DNA from: Gemmatimonadaceae bacterium
GTDB lineage: Bacteria; Gemmatimonadota; Gemmatimonadetes; Gemmatimonadales; Gemmatimonadaceae
NCBI GenBank assembly: GCA_040901985.1
Contig: JBBDYC010000009.1
Location: 184,634-248,633, forward strand
Length of the DNA: 64,000 bases
Reading direction: 5' to 3'
Shown here: positions 1 to 12,506 of the stretch, piece by piece
Position numbering within the stretch: the first letter of the stretch is position 1
Layout of the letters: each line of letters begins with the position of its first letter
Program-made: the position numbers and the translations under genes
Notes under the pieces: generated by a model
What the model was told of the DNA's origin: nothing
The model's input: the letters and a program-made list of their open reading frames with translations, nothing else
Database searches by the model: none

Positions 1-1
1 A

Positions 2-82
2 AAAGTGCCAAATCTTCGTGCCCTTGCCGACCTGCGCGCCGGCATCGACGAAACTGGATTCGTGCACGAAGTAGTCGGTCAT
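2..82 (-). CDS. Hexapeptide-repeat N-acetyltransferase (WbpD-like), 5' end only, runs off window
   Basis: Translated by hand: [30 protein letters not shown] overlaps the carB stop (ATGA). Confidence 0.75.
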   Translation of the reverse strand, partial: MTDYFVHESSFVDAGAQVGKGTKIWHF

Positions 83-3000
83 CCAATCGTCTCCTGCCAC
101 TCCTGCAGCGACCGCACCGTCGCCGGCCGGGTCCGCATGGACTCGATCGCGTCGCAGGCCGCACTCGCCGCGGAGAGCGTGGTGGTGTACGGCACGCGGT
201 GCGCAATCGCCGCCTGCCGGAGCGAATAATCGTCCTTCTGCGCCCGCTTGCCCAGCGGCGTGTTGATCAGCAGCTGCAGGCTCCCGTTCACCATCAGGTC
301 AATGCCGTTGGGCCGCCCCGCGCTCACCTTGAAGACCCGCTCGGCCGCCACCCCCTGCCCCTCGAGATAGCGCGCCGTGCCCTCGGTGGCCACCAGCCCG
401 AATCCCATCGCCGCGAACCGCGTCGCGATCCCCGCCGCCTCGGCCTTGTCGTGGTCGTTCACCGTCAGCATCAGACGCCCCTCCCGCGGCAGTCCGTTCC
501 CCGCCGCCAGTTGCGCCTTGGCGAACGCCGTGCCGAAGGTGTCGCTGATCCCCATCACCTCGCCGGTCGAGCGCATCTCCGGCCCGAGGATCGGGTCGAA
601 CTCGCGGAACTTCGCGAACGGGAACACCGCCTCCTTGACGCTCACGTACGGCGCCACGATCTCCTCGGTGAAGCCGAGGGCGCCGAGCGACTCGCCGAGC
701 ATCACGCGCGCCGCCAGCGAGGCGAGGGGCCGGCCGATGGCCTTTGACACGAACGGGATCGTCCGCGACGCGCGCGGATTCACCTCGAGCACGTAGACCA
801 CGCCATCCTTCAGCGCGTATTGCACGTTGATCAACCCGACGACGCCGAGCGCCTTGGCGAACGCCACCGTGTGCCGGCGCATCTCGTCCTGATGCTCCAT
901 CGAGATCAGGTAGGGCGGCAGCACGCAGGCCGAGTCCCCGGAGTGGATTCCCGCGTCCTCGATGTGCTCCATCACCCCGCCGATCACGGTCATCGTGCCA
1001 TCCGAGATCGCGTCCACGTCGGCCTCGAAGGCATCCTCCAGGAAGGCGTCCACCAGCACCGGCCGGTCCTCGGAGACGCGGACGGCGCGCCCAAAGTAGT
1101 CGCGGAGCGACGGCTCGTCATAGACGATCTCCATCGCCCGGCCACCGAGCACGTAGCTCGGCCGCAGGAGCACCGGGTAGCCAATCCGGTCGGCGATCAC
1201 GACGGCCTGCTCGACGCTCGTCGCCGTCCCGTTGGGCGGCTGCTGCACGCCGAGCCCGCGCGCCAGCTCCTCGAACCGCCGACGGTCCTCGGCGATGTCA
1301 ATCGCCTCCGGCGACGTCCCAAGGATGCGCACCCCCGCGGCCTCGAGCGGCTTCACCAGCTTGAGCGGCGTCTGGCCCCCGAGCTGGACGATCACCCCCA
1401 CCGGCTGCTCGCGCTCGACGATCTCGAGGACGTCCTCGAAGGTCAGCGGCTCGAAGTAGAGCTTGTCCGAGGTGTCGTAGTCGGTCGAGACGGTCTCCGG
1501 ATTCGAGTTGACCATGATGGTCTCGTAGCCGGCCTCGCGGAGCGCCATCGCCGCGCGCACGCAGCAGTAGTCGAACTCGACCCCCTGCCCGATCCGGTTC
1601 GGCCCGCTGCCGAGGATCACCACCGACTTGCGGCCCGAACGCGGCGACTCCGATTCCTCGTCGTACGACGAGTAGAGGTACGGCGTATTCGACGGGAACT
1701 CGCCGGCACAGGTATCCACCATCTTGTACGCGGGGCGGATGTCGAACCCCCAGCGCCGCTCGCGTGCGGCCTGCTCGCTCTCGCCGCGGAGCGCGCCGAG
1801 TTGCCGGTCGGAGAAGCCCATCCGCTTCATCCGGCGCACGGCGCGCGCGTCGGGCGTCGTGAGCGAGGCAAACGCGCGCTCGGCGTCCAGCAGCTCGGCG
1901 AACTGGTGGAGGAACCAGGGGTCCACGCCGGTCCGCCGGTGGATCTCCTCGACCGTCATCCCGAGGACCAGCGCGCGCTTGATCTGGAAGACGCGCTCCG
2001 GCACCGGCACGGCGAGCGCGGTGCGGACGGCATCGAGGGAGTCGTCGGCGACTCGGTCGTCCGCCGGACGCGCGCCGACGCTCCATCCCGGCCGCCCCGT
2101 CTCGAGCGCCCGCAGCCCCTTCTGGAACGCCTCCTTGAACGTGCGCCCGATCGCCATGGACTCGCCGACCGACTTCATCTGCGTCGTCAGGTTCGGGTTG
2201 GCCCCGGGGAACTTCTCGAACGCGAAGCGCGGCACCTTCACCACGACGTAGTCGAGCACCGGCTCGAAGCTCGCCGGCGTCGTCTTGGTGATGTCGTTGG
2301 GGATCTCGTCGAGGTGATACCCGACGGCGAGCTTGGTCCCGATGCGCGCAATCGCGAAGCCGGTGGCCTTGGACGCCAGCGCCGACGAGCGCGAGACGCG
2401 GGGGTTCATCTCGATGACGACCATCTCGCCATCCGCGGGATTTACGGCGAACTGGATGTTGCACCCGCCCGCCGCCACGCCGATCTCGCGGATCACCTGG
2501 ATGGCCGCGTCGCGCATGGTCTGGTATTCGCGGTCCGACAACGTCATCGCCGGCGCGACGGTGACGGAATCGCCGGTATGCACGCCCATCGGATCAATGT
2601 TCTCGATCGAGCAGATGATGACGACGTTGTCGGCCGAGTCGCGCATCACCTCGAGCTCGTACTCCTTCCACCCGATCAGCGAGCGCTCGATCAGCACCTG
2701 CGAGATCGGCGACTCGTCGAGGCCGCGGCGGACGATTTGCTCGTACTCCTCCCGGTTATAGGCGATGCCGCCGCCGGAGCCGCCGAGCGTGAAGGCCGGA
2801 CGGATGATCGCCGGGAACCCCGTCCACTCGGCGACGTCGAGCGCCTCCGGCCAGGTCGTCGCGATCCGCCCCTCGGGGCACTTGAGCCCGATCCGCGCCA
2901 TCGCCTCGCCAAAGAGCTTGCGGTCCTCGGCGACGGCGATTGCCCGCGCGTTGGCGCCGATCAGCTCGACGCCGTGCTTGGCGAGGACGCCGCGCTCGTG

Positions 3001-3306
3001 CAGCGTCATCGCGACGTTGAGGGCGGTCTGGCCGCCCATCGTCGGGAGGAGGGCGTCGGGCCGCTCGCGCTCGATGATCAGCTCGACGAACTCGGGCGTC
3101 ACCGGCTCGATGTAGGTGCGGTCGGCGATCTCGGGGTCCGTCATGATCGTCGCCGGATTCGAGTTGACGAGGATTACCTCGTACCCGTCGTCGCGGAGGG
3201 CCTTGGCGGCCTGGGTGCCGGAGTAATCGAACTCGGCACCCTGCCCGATGACGATCGGGCCGGAACCGATGAGCAGGATGCGATGGATGTCGTTACGACG
3301 CGGCAT
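79..3306 (-). CDS. carB: Carbamoyl-phosphate synthase large subunit
   Basis: [30 protein letters not shown], two ATP-grasp halves, MGS C-terminus; start trimmed from ORF 79..3435. Confidence 0.98.
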   Translation of the reverse strand: MPRRNDIHRILLIGSGPIVIGQGAEFDYSGTQAAKALRDDGYEVILVNSNPATIMTDPEIADRTYIEPVTPEFVELIIERERPDALLPTMGGQTALNVAMTLHERGVLAKHGVELIGANARAIAVAEDRKLFGEAMARIGLKCPEGRIATTWPEALDVAEWTGFPAIIRPAFTLGGSGGGIAYNREEYEQIVRRGLDESPISQVLIERSLIGWKEYELEVMRDSADNVVIICSIENIDPMGVHTGDSVTVAPAMTLSDREYQTMRDAAIQVIREIGVAAGGCNIQFAVNPADGEMVVIEMNPRVSRSSALASKATGFAIARIGTKLAVGYHLDEIPNDITKTTPASFEPVLDYVVVKVPRFAFEKFPGANPNLTTQMKSVGESMAIGRTFKEAFQKGLRALETGRPGWSVGARPADDRVADDSLDAVRTALAVPVPERVFQIKRALVLGMTVEEIHRRTGVDPWFLHQFAELLDAERAFASLTTPDARAVRRMKRMGFSDRQLGALRGESEQAARERRWGFDIRPAYKMVDTCAGEFPSNTPYLYSSYDEESESPRSGRKSVVILGSGPNRIGQGVEFDYCCVRAAMALREAGYETIMVNSNPETVSTDYDTSDKLYFEPLTFEDVLEIVEREQPVGVIVQLGGQTPLKLVKPLEAAGVRILGTSPEAIDIAEDRRRFEELARGLGVQQPPNGTATSVEQAVVIADRIGYPVLLRPSYVLGGRAMEIVYDEPSLRDYFGRAVRVSEDRPVLVDAFLEDAFEADVDAISDGTMTVIGGVMEHIEDAGIHSGDSACVLPPYLISMEHQDEMRRHTVAFAKALGVVGLINVQYALKDGVVYVLEVNPRASRTIPFVSKAIGRPLASLAARVMLGESLGALGFTEEIVAPYVSVKEAVFPFAKFREFDPILGPEMRSTGEVMGISDTFGTAFAKAQLAAGNGLPREGRLMLTVNDHDKAEAAGIATRFAAMGFGLVATEGTARYLEGQGVAAERVFKVSAGRPNGIDLMVNGSLQLLINTPLGKRAQKDDYSLRQAAIAHRVPYTTTLSAASAACDAIESMRTRPATVRSLQEWQETIG

Positions 3307-4258
3307 CGAGGAGGTCGTCAATGATGTCGGCGCGCGTGCGGCGGGGAGTCCACCCCGTCGCCGCGCGGAGCTTGGCGGCGTCGCCCACGAGCGCCGGGAC
3401 ATCCACCGCGCGCTGCAGCGCCGGGTCGGGCGCAAGGGACGCCGTGACGCCGGCGCGCGCGAGCACCTCGGCGGCCAGTTCCCCGACCGTCACCCCACTC
3501 CCGCTGCAGACGTTGTAGACCTCGCCCGGCGTGCCGTGCGCGACCAGCTGAATATACGCGGCGGTCACGTCCTCCACGTGGAGGAAATCGCGGACGACCT
3601 CGGTGTTGCCGATCGCCACGGACCGCCCGGGCGCCTGGCGCGCGGCGACCGCGCGCGCGACGAGCGCCGGCAGGAGGAACTGCGGCGCCTGCCCTCGGCC
3701 CGAGTGATTGAACGACCGCGTGGCGACGACGCGCAGCCCGTCGGCGCGGTGTGCGGCGAGGGCGAACGCCTCCTGGGCGACCTTGGTGGCGGCGTAGAAC
3801 GTTCGCGGCCGACACGCGTGCCGTTCGGTCAGCGGAAGCTCGGCCGCCTCGTGACGCCCATACTGCTCGGCGCTCCCGACCACCAGCACCACCGGGTCGA
3901 GCGTGCCGGCGGCACGGGCGGCGGCGAGCGGCGTGAGGAGACTGACCATCGCGCCGACATTCGTCTCGAACGCCGCGTCGGGGTCGTGCCCCGCCTCCGG
4001 CACGAACGACACCCCGGCGAGGTGGAAGATGGCGTCCGGACGCTGCCGCTCGACGAAGGCGGCGTGCGTCCGGCGCTCGGCGTCGGCGCGGAGGTCGAAG
4101 GCGCGCCAGCTGACGGCGCGCAGCTGCTCCGCGGTGAGCGTCCCCGGCTCGGGCGGTGGCCCCAAGGTGGTCCCGCTGACCTCCCACCCCTCGGCGAGGA
4201 GTGCGCGGCAGAGCCACTGCCCGACGAACCCGCCGGCACCGGTGACGAGGGCGCGCAC
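3293..4258 (-). CDS. Extended SDR, GDP-4-keto-6-deoxy-D-mannose reductase (Rmd-like)
   Basis: [22 protein letters not shown]; directly downstream of gmd. Confidence 0.8.
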   Translation of the reverse strand: MRALVTGAGGFVGQWLCRALLAEGWEVSGTTLGPPPEPGTLTAEQLRAVSWRAFDLRADAERRTHAAFVERQRPDAIFHLAGVSFVPEAGHDPDAAFETNVGAMVSLLTPLAAARAAGTLDPVVLVVGSAEQYGRHEAAELPLTERHACRPRTFYAATKVAQEAFALAAHRADGLRVVATRSFNHSGRGQAPQFLLPALVARAVAARQAPGRSVAIGNTEVVRDFLHVEDVTAAYIQLVAHGTPGEVYNVCSGSGVTVGELAAEVLARAGVTASLAPDPALQRAVDVPALVGDAAKLRAATGWTPRRTRADIIDDLLDAAS

Positions 4259-4259
4259 G

Positions 4260-5426
<1,167 letters not shown>

Positions 5427-5433
5427 AGTTAGA

Positions 5434-5463
5434 ACGGGGAGAGCGTTGGCACGCTCCCCCCGT
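5434..5463 (-). terminator. Putative intrinsic terminator hairpin after rpmB
   Basis: Plus strand CGGGGAGAGCGT-TGGC-ACGCTCCCCCCG, followed by TTCT on the minus strand. Confidence 0.6.
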
Positions 5464-5489
5464 CAGGACCGATCAGACCGCCACGATCG

Positions 5490-5711
5490 TCAGATCGCAG
5501 CGACAGCCCCGCGCGGCGCGCGCTTGATCTTGCCCGCGTTGAGGCAGCGCGTGCAGACCTTGATCTTCACGATCTTGTCGCCTTCGACGACGCGGGCCAC
5601 CTGGAGGTTGGGCTTCCAGGTGCGGCGCGTGGCGTTGTTGGCGTGCGAGCGGTTGTTCCCAAAGGCGACGCCCTTCTCGCAGACGTAGCAGCGATTGCGC
5701 TGGATGGCCAT
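5490..5711 (-). CDS. rpmB: 50S ribosomal protein L28
   Basis: CYVC...[20 protein letters not shown]...CTRC. Confidence 0.97.
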   Translation of the reverse strand: MAIQRNRCYVCEKGVAFGNNRSHANNATRRTWKPNLQVARVVEGDKIVKIKVCTRCLNAGKIKRAPRGAVAAI

Positions 5712-5714
5712 CGG

Positions 5715-6071
5715 TCAGCCCTCCAGGAGTTCGATGCGCGCCATGTCGGCGCCGTCACCCTTGCGGTGACCGGTCTTGAGGATCCGGGTGTACCCGCCCT
5801 GGCGCTTGGCGAACTTCGGGCCGAGTTCCTGGAAGAGCTTGTCGGCGGCATCGCGCTTCTGCACGTGCCGGCCGGCGAGGCGGCGGGAATGCAGGGTCCC
5901 CGTGCGCGCCTTGGTGATCAGGCGCTCGACGAAGGGCCGCAGCTCCTTGGCCTTGGCTTCGGTGGTCTCGATTGCCCCCTGCTCGATGAGCGAGGTGGCG
6001 AGATTCCGCAGCAGCGCGAGCCGCTGTTCTGAGGTGCGGCGGAGACTCCGCCCAGCCTTGCGATGACGCAT
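5715..6071 (-). CDS. rplQ: 50S ribosomal protein L17
   Basis: MRHRKAGRSL, IETTEAKAKE, GGYTRI, RKGDGA. Confidence 0.98.
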   Translation of the reverse strand: MRHRKAGRSLRRTSEQRLALLRNLATSLIEQGAIETTEAKAKELRPFVERLITKARTGTLHSRRLAGRHVQKRDAADKLFQELGPKFAKRQGGYTRILKTGHRKGDGADMARIELLEG

Positions 6072-6076
6072 CGGTC

Positions 6077-7150
6077 CTACTCCTCTTCTTCGTCGTCGGG
6101 CGCGTTCGCGGCGGCGCGGCTCGGCGGCGTGCCCCAATCGGCCACGCGCACGCCATCCGGCGACTCCTCGAACCGCATCCCGAAATTGAGTCCTTCCTTC
6201 TCGAGGAGGTCGGCGATCTCCTGGAGGGACTTCTTGCCGAAATTCTTGACCTGCAGGATCTGCGTCTCGGTCTGCCGGACGAGGTCGCCGAGCGAGCGGA
6301 TGCTCGAGTTCTTGAGCGAGTTGACCGAGCGGACGGACAGGTGGAGATCGTCAATCGGCGTGCGGAGCAGCTCGGCGAGGCGGGCCGCATCCGAGCTCCC
6401 CTCGGCGCCGGGCACCGCGACCGCCGCGGCGGTGTGCGACCCGAAGCCGGCGAAGTACTGGAAGTGCGTCTGCGCGAGCGCCGCCGCGTAGCTGACCGCC
6501 TGCTCGGGCGAGATGGTGCCGTTGGTCTCGACCGTCAGCGTGAGGCGGTCGTAGTCGGTGCGCTGGCCGACGCGCGTCTCGGCGACCGCGAAGTTGGCGC
6601 GCTTGACCGGCGAGTAGATCGCGTCAATGCGGACGAGGTCCACCGGGAGCGAGCGGTCGAATGGATGCTGGTCCGCCTCGACGTAGCCGCGCCCCTTGTT
6701 GACGTAGAGCTCGACCGAGAGGTCGCGCTCGTCCTGGAGCGTGAAGAGGTGGTGCGCCGGATTGACGACGGTCACGCCGCCGGCGCCTTCCAGCTGGCCG
6801 GCCGTGACGGCGCCCGCCTTGGTGACCTTCAGCCGGAGGATCGCATCCTCGACATCCTCGTCGAGCGCCAGCGTCAGCGTCTTCAGGTTGGCGATGATCT
6901 GGTGGACGTCCTCGACGACGCCCTGGATGGTCTGGTGTTCGTGCAGCACGCCGTCAATGCGGAAGCCCCACACCGCCGCGCCGCGGAGCGACGAGAGCAG
7001 CATGCGGCGCATCGAGTTGCCGAGCGTGTGGCCGTAGCCCCGCTCGAGCGGCTGGAGGCGGAATTCCGCGAGGTTGGTGAGGTCCTCGCGCTTCGTCATC
7101 TCGACAAGCTGCGGGCGGACCAGGCCGCGGAGATCAATCGTGTGCGACAT
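6077..7150 (-). CDS. rpoA: RNA polymerase alpha subunit
   Basis: PLERGYGHTLGNSMRR, LSVRSVNSLK, NFGKKSLQEI. Confidence 0.98.
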   Translation of the reverse strand: MSHTIDLRGLVRPQLVEMTKREDLTNLAEFRLQPLERGYGHTLGNSMRRMLLSSLRGAAVWGFRIDGVLHEHQTIQGVVEDVHQIIANLKTLTLALDEDVEDAILRLKVTKAGAVTAGQLEGAGGVTVVNPAHHLFTLQDERDLSVELYVNKGRGYVEADQHPFDRSLPVDLVRIDAIYSPVKRANFAVAETRVGQRTDYDRLTLTVETNGTISPEQAVSYAAALAQTHFQYFAGFGSHTAAAVAVPGAEGSSDAARLAELLRTPIDDLHLSVRSVNSLKNSSIRSLGDLVRQTETQILQVKNFGKKSLQEIADLLEKEGLNFGMRFEESPDGVRVADWGTPPSRAAANAPDDEEEE

Positions 7151-7263
7151 CGGATGGGATCCTTGGAAAGTGAAAGTCACGATGGCGAAACGCGCCACCG
7201 ACGCCGTGCCCCGCCCCTGACGCGCGGCACGTTCGTTCGGTTGTCAGGGAACCGGGTCAACTG

Positions 7264-7342
7264 CAGGATTCAGGATTCAGGTTTCAGGGCCGCGCCCGTT
7301 CAGGCGCGGCCCTGATCCCTGACACCTGACACCTGATACCTG
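7264..7342. repeat. Second inverted heptamer element: (CAGGNNN)x3, perfect 13-bp stem with 6-nt loop, (CCTGNNN)x4
   Basis: CAGGATT CAGGATT CAGGTTT CAGGGCCGCGCC-CGTTCA-GGCGCGGCCCTG ATC CCTGACA CCTGACA CCTGATA CCTG. Confidence 0.93.
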
Positions 7343-7344
7343 CC

Positions 7345-7980
7345 TTACTTGCTGTACAACTCCACGACCAACTGTTCCTGCGCCGCGATCGGGATCATCG
7401 CCCGCTGCGGCTTCTCGAGCATCCGGCCGGAGAACGTGTCCTTGTCCACCGCGAGCCAGGTCGGCGTCGCGCCGCGGGCGGCGATCTCCAGCGCGTCCTT
7501 CACGATCACCAGCTCGCGCGACTGCTGCCGCATCCGGATCTCCTGCCCCGGCTGCACCAGGTAGCTCGGGATGTCCACCGACTTCCCGTTCACCTCGACG
7601 TGCCGGTGGCGGATCAGCTGGCGCGCCGCCTTGCGGCTGGCGGCGAAGCCCATCCGGTAGACCATGTTGTCCAGCCGGCTCTCGAGCGCGGCGAGGAGGT
7701 TGTGGCCGGTGATGCCCGGGAGCGTGGACACCTTCTCGAACGTGTTGCGAAACTGCCGCTCGGTCACGCCGTAGATGCGCTTGATCTTCTGCTTCTCGCG
7801 GAGCTGCTTGGCGTACTCGCTCACCTTGCGGCGGCGGGTCGTGCCCTGCGGGCCGTGTGCGCCAGGCGCGTAGGGGCGTCGCTCCACCGGGCACTTCTCG
7901 GTGAAACACTTGGTGCCCTTGAGGAAAAGCTTGGTGCCTTCACGCCGGCATTGCCGGCAGCTGGGACCGGTGTATCGCAT
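7345..7980 (-). CDS. rpsD: 30S ribosomal protein S4 (Cys-containing type)
   Basis: YTGPSCRQCRREG, QLREKQK, LESRLDN, QLVVELYSK. Confidence 0.98.
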   Translation of the reverse strand: MRYTGPSCRQCRREGTKLFLKGTKCFTEKCPVERRPYAPGAHGPQGTTRRRKVSEYAKQLREKQKIKRIYGVTERQFRNTFEKVSTLPGITGHNLLAALESRLDNMVYRMGFAASRKAARQLIRHRHVEVNGKSVDIPSYLVQPGQEIRMRQQSRELVIVKDALEIAARGATPTWLAVDKDTFSGRMLEKPQRAMIPIAAQEQLVVELYSK

Positions 7981-7983
7981 GGC

Positions 7984-8360
<377 letters not shown>

Positions 8361-8361
<1 letters not shown>

Positions 8362-8738
8362 TACTTGGTGACCTTCTTCTTGCCCGCGATCGCGCGGCGC
8401 GGCCCCTTCTTCGTGCGGGCGTTGGTGTGGGTACGCTGCCCGCGGACCGGCAACCCGCGCCGGTGACGAACGCCCCGGTACGAGCCGATGTCCATCAAGC
8501 GCTTGATGTTCATCGCGATCTCGGTGCGCAGCGCGCCCTCGACCCGGTAGAGCTTCTCGATCTCCTGCCGCAGCTTGTTGACGTCGGCGTCGGAGAGGTC
8601 ACGGATGCGGAGGTCGGCGGAGACGCCGGTCGCCGCGAGGATGCGGCGCGCGAGCACGCGGCCAATCCCATAGATGTACGTCAGGCCGATCTCGACCTTC
8701 TTGTCGCGCGGCAGGTCCACGCCGGAAATACGGGCCAT
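8361..8738 (-). CDS. rpsM: 30S ribosomal protein S13
   Basis: [28 protein letters not shown]. Confidence 0.98.
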
Positions 8739-8744
8739 GGTCGA

Positions 8745-8861
8745 TTACCCCTGACGCTGCTTGTGCTTGGGATTGCGCTTGCAGATGACGCGCGTGACGC
8801 CGGCGCGCTTCACCACCTTGCAATGCTCGCAGATCGGCTTGACACTGCTACGGACTTTCAC
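8745..8861 (-). CDS. rpmJ: 50S ribosomal protein L36
   Basis: GTG start after [18 protein letters not shown]...NPKHKQRQG, 38 aa. Confidence 0.97.
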   Translation of the reverse strand: MKVRSSVKPICEHCKVVKRAGVTRVICKRNPKHKQRQG

Positions 8862-8937
8862 GGGGACTCCACAGGGGGTTCTTGGCCGGGCGCGGGAACG
8901 GAACTGCTGAACTGACGCCAGTTTAGGGCAGACCCGC

Positions 8938-8966
8938 AGGATAGTCGGACGAAGCCCTTGACACAA
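8938..8966 (-). promoter_or_regulatory. Sigma70-type promoter for the rpmJ-alpha operon
   Basis: Minus strand TTGTGT-17 nt-TATCCT; the -35 lies within palindrome CCCTTG-N3-CAAGGG (8955-8969). Confidence 0.6.
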
Positions 8967-9016
8967 GGGGCGTGACTGACGTGTACCGAGGGGCGCCCGG
9001 CGCCCCGCGACTCCTG

Positions 9017-9754
9017 CTATCGCAGGGCGGCGATGACCCGCGCGAGTTCCGCCGCCGGATCGGCGGCGGCGGTCACCGCCCGCCCGATCACCAGGTACGC
9101 CGCCCCGTCCTCGGCGGCCCGCTCGGGAGTCGTCACCCGCGCCTGGTCGTGCGCGGCGCCGCCGGCCAGCCGGATCCCCGGCACCAGCGGGGCCAGCGTG
9201 GGGTGGGTCGTCCGCACCACCCGCACCTCCTGGCCGGAGCAGACAATCCCGTGCGCCCCCGCCGCGCGCGCCACGCCGGCGAGGCGAAGCACCTCACTCC
9301 CCAGCTCCGGCGCGTCGCGGCCGAGGGCGACGCCGAGCGCCGCCGCATCGAAGCTGGTGAGGACCGTGACGACCATCACCCCGGTGGCGCTCCCTGCCCC
9401 CTCGACCGCCGCGTCCACCATCGGCGCGCCGCCGTAGCCGTGGACCGTGAGCAGCGAGACGCCCATCGCCGCCGCGCTGCGGGCGGCGGCGCGCACCGTG
9501 TTGGGGATATCGTGCAGCTTGAGGTCGAGGAAGACCCGACGGCCGTCGCCAAGCAGCCACTCGACGACCGTCGGCCCCTCGGCGGTAAAGAGCTCAAGGC
9601 CGACTTTCACGTAGTCGGCGTCGGGGCCGAGTCGCGCGATCAACTCGCGCGCCGCAGCGAGCGTCGGCACGTCCAGCGCGATGATCGGTTGCGCGCGCGG
9701 TTGACCGCGCGGTCGCTTGCGGAGCGCCGCCTCGCCGCCGCTCGGGGGTTTCAC
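9017..9754 (-). CDS. pyrF: Orotidine-5'-phosphate decarboxylase
   Basis: [28 protein letters not shown] overlap with the pyrD stop. Confidence 0.95.
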   Translation of the reverse strand: MKPPSGGEAALRKRPRGQPRAQPIIALDVPTLAAARELIARLGPDADYVKVGLELFTAEGPTVVEWLLGDGRRVFLDLKLHDIPNTVRAAARSAAAMGVSLLTVHGYGGAPMVDAAVEGAGSATGVMVVTVLTSFDAAALGVALGRDAPELGSEVLRLAGVARAAGAHGIVCSGQEVRVVRTTHPTLAPLVPGIRLAGGAAHDQARVTTPERAAEDGAAYLVIGRAVTAAADPAAELARVIAALR

Positions 9755-10680
9755 GCCGGCCACTCCAGGGTGCCAATGAGGTCCGCGAGCCGCGCAATCC
9801 CGCGCGCGTCGCACCACCGGTGCAGGTCGCGCACGACCCGCGCCGGGAGGCGCGGGTCGGCGAGCGCAGCCGTGCCGATCGCCACCGCGCTCGCCCCGGC
9901 CATCAGGAACTGCAGGACGTCGGTCGCCTGTTGGGCGCCTCCGGCGCCGATGATCGGGACGTCCACGGCCTTCCGTACGCGGGCGACTGCGAGCACGCCG
10001 ACCGCGAGCAGGCCCGCGCCGCTCACCCCGCCCGAACCGAACCCGAGCACCGGCCGACGCCGCTCGACATCAATCACCAAGCCGGGAATCGTGTTGATCA
10101 CGGTGATGCCGTCGGCGCCGGCGTCCACGGCGCGCCGCGCCGTGTCGCCGAGGTCGGCGAGCGTCGGCGACAGCTTGACGAAGAGCGGGCGCTTGGTGGC
10201 CGCCCGCGCCCCCCGCACAACGGCCGACAGCGCGGACGGGTCGGCGCCAAACTCCATCCCCCCCTGCTTCACGTTCGGGCAACTCACGTTGAGTTCGTAG
10301 CCCTCGAAGCCGGCCGACTGATCGAGCCGCCCGATCACCGCGCCGAAGTCCGCCGCCTCGCGGCCGACCACGTTGACCAGCACGCGAGGGCGTCGCACGT
10401 GGGCCGCGAGCCACGGCAGATCCTCAGCGAGCACCGACTCCACGCCGGGATTCGCCAACCCCACCGCATTGATCATCCCGCCGTCGAAGTCGGCGACCCG
10501 CGGCGCCGGCGCGCCCGGGCGCGGCTCGAGACTGACGGCCTTGGTGACGAAGCCCCCGAGCAGTTCGAGCGGCATCACGTCGGCAATCTCGCGGCCGTAG
10601 GCCGCGGTCCCCGCCGCGAGGAGTACTGGATTCTGGAAGGTGATCCCGGCGGCCGTGACGTCGAGGGCGGCGCGACCCAT
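9751..10680 (-). CDS. pyrD: Dihydroorotate dehydrogenase, family 1
   Basis: NAVGLANPG, NVSCPNVKQGG, VKLSP, INT, GGVSG. Confidence 0.95.
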   Translation of the reverse strand: MGRAALDVTAAGITFQNPVLLAAGTAAYGREIADVMPLELLGGFVTKAVSLEPRPGAPAPRVADFDGGMINAVGLANPGVESVLAEDLPWLAAHVRRPRVLVNVVGREAADFGAVIGRLDQSAGFEGYELNVSCPNVKQGGMEFGADPSALSAVVRGARAATKRPLFVKLSPTLADLGDTARRAVDAGADGITVINTIPGLVIDVERRRPVLGFGSGGVSGAGLLAVGVLAVARVRKAVDVPIIGAGGAQQATDVLQFLMAGASAVAIGTAALADPRLPARVVRDLHRWCDARGIARLADLIGTLEWPA

Positions 10681-12008
10681 CAGGGCGCCGCGCGCGTGCG
10701 ACGTTCGTAGTGCTGGAGGTACTCCACCACCGCGTCGGCAATCGCCAGCGCCAGCGCCTGCTGCCCGGCGTTGCTCGCCATCCAGCGCGCCTCGGCCGGG
10801 TTGGTGCCAAACCCGACCTCCACGAGCACCGCCGGCATATAGGCGCGCGCGAGCACCGCGAAGCCCGCCTGCTTGACGCCACGGTTCGGGCCCGGATGCG
10901 GGGCTTCGAGTCGGTTCTGGATCACCTGCGCAAGGTCGCTCGATTCGCGCAGGTGCTCGTTCTGCGCGAGGTCGTTGAGGATGAACGAGAGCGGGTCCCC
11001 CTTCTCGACCTCGGTGGCGGTCTCAAAGCGCACCACGTCGTTCTCCATCTCGGCGACGCGCCGTTCGTCCTCGGTCCGCGCGGTGGAGAGGTAATACGTC
11101 TCGAACCCACGCACGGCGGAGCCGTTCCGCCACGCCGGGTTGGCGGCGTTGGTGTGGATGGAGACGAAGAGGTCCGCCTTGCGCGCATTGGCGATCCGTC
11201 CGCGGTCGTCGCGTGCCACGAGCGTGTCGGTGCGCCGGGTCATCACGACGTTGACGCCCCGCGTCCGCAGCGCGTGTTCGAGCTTGAGCGCGATCGCGAG
11301 CGTGAGGCGCGACTCGTTGACCCGCCGGCCGTCGAGGACCACGCCGGGATTCCCGGGGTCGTTGCCGCCGTGGCCGGCGTCCACCGCGACCGTGTAGGAG
11401 CGGTAGAGGCCGTTGGCGCCCGGTCGGCGCGGCGCACTGGACAGCGGGACGACCGCGCCGGCCGTCCCGGTCGCGCTGACCGCGCTGACCGCGCTGACGG
11501 GCGTGGCCGCCGCCAGTCGTTCGGCGACGACCGGACCGGTGCGGCGCGCAATTCCCTGGAAGAGGCGCACTTCCCACCGCGTCCGGTCCCACAGGATCCC
11601 GATCCCGAATCGCGGGATGATCTCGCTGAAGAGCTGGAGCGTGACGTACGGCGCGCCGTCCACGACGCGCGTCGCCTCGAGGAGCGGCAGCACGAAGCCG
11701 TTGTAGCCGGCGAACGGCGTCCCGGCGTGCAGGTCAATCGCCGCGCCGTAGAGCGCGAGCCGCCACTGGCCGGTGCCGCTCGGCTCCACGGTGCCGCCGA
11801 GGAGTCGCGCCATCAGCTCGAGCGACACCATCCCGCCGGCGGGCGTCGGGACGAGGGTGACGACCGTGTCGCCGGCGACGCCCTTCACGCGGATGACGTC
11901 CCCCGGCGGCGCGTTCGCCGACGCGGCGGCCGACGCGGCGGGGGAGGCGGCGGGCGACAGGAGGACGAGCGCACTCGCCGCCAACAGGACCCGTGCCCGC
12001 GCGCTCAT
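10680..12008 (-). CDS. N-acetylmuramoyl-L-alanine amidase (Amidase_3) with signal peptide
   Basis: VDAGHGGND, FVSIHTNA, PAVLVEVGF; ATGA overlap with smpB. Confidence 0.92.
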   Translation of the reverse strand: MSARARVLLAASALVLLSPAASPAASAAASANAPPGDVIRVKGVAGDTVVTLVPTPAGGMVSLELMARLLGGTVEPSGTGQWRLALYGAAIDLHAGTPFAGYNGFVLPLLEATRVVDGAPYVTLQLFSEIIPRFGIGILWDRTRWEVRLFQGIARRTGPVVAERLAAATPVSAVSAVSATGTAGAVVPLSSAPRRPGANGLYRSYTVAVDAGHGGNDPGNPGVVLDGRRVNESRLTLAIALKLEHALRTRGVNVVMTRRTDTLVARDDRGRIANARKADLFVSIHTNAANPAWRNGSAVRGFETYYLSTARTEDERRVAEMENDVVRFETATEVEKGDPLSFILNDLAQNEHLRESSDLAQVIQNRLEAPHPGPNRGVKQAGFAVLARAYMPAVLVEVGFGTNPAEARWMASNAGQQALALAIADAVVEYLQHYERRTRAAP

Positions 12009-12478
12009 CGCGTCACCCGCAGCGCGCGCTGCATCTCGCGGGCGGCATCGCGCTCCTTCAGGTCGGCGCGCTTGTCGTGCAGCTTCTTGCCGCGGCCCAG
12101 GCCGATCCGCACCTTCGCGCGTCCGTGCTTGAAATAGAGGTCGAGTGCCACGAGCGTCAGTCCTTTCCGCTCCACCGCGCCGATCATCTGCCGGATCTCC
12201 TTCTGATGCAGCAGCAGCTTGCGCGTCCTGAGCGGATCGTGGTTCCAGATGTTGCCCATCGCATACGGCGCGATGTGCGCGTTGAGCAGCCAGACCTCGC
12301 CAGCCTTGACGACGCCGTACGCGTCGGTGATCTGCGCGCGCCCGTCCCGCAGCGACTTCACTTCGGTCCCGGTCAGCACGAGGCCCGCCTCCCACGTCTC
12401 GAGTATTTCGTAGTCGTGGCGGGCGCGCTTGTTCCGGGCGATCGGCACGATCGCGTCGTCGGGCGTTGGCGTCTTCAT
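12005..12478 (-). CDS. smpB: SsrA-binding protein
   Basis: NKRARHDY, EAGLVLTGTEVKSLR, RKLLLH, GKKLHDKR. Confidence 0.98.
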   Translation of the reverse strand: MKTPTPDDAIVPIARNKRARHDYEILETWEAGLVLTGTEVKSLRDGRAQITDAYGVVKAGEVWLLNAHIAPYAMGNIWNHDPLRTRKLLLHQKEIRQMIGAVERKGLTLVALDLYFKHGRAKVRIGLGRGKKLHDKRADLKERDAAREMQRALRVTR

Positions 12479-12506
12479 CGGCTGCAATAAGGATGACGAC
12501 CGAGCG

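Noticed and set aside
820..3324. 834-aa plus-strand ORF
   Set aside because: Antisense shadow of carB; high GC suppresses stop codons and no domain is recognisable.
11471..11498. 9-bp tandem repeat in the amidase (VSAVSAVSA)
   Set aside because: In-frame low-complexity linker; ordinary slippage.
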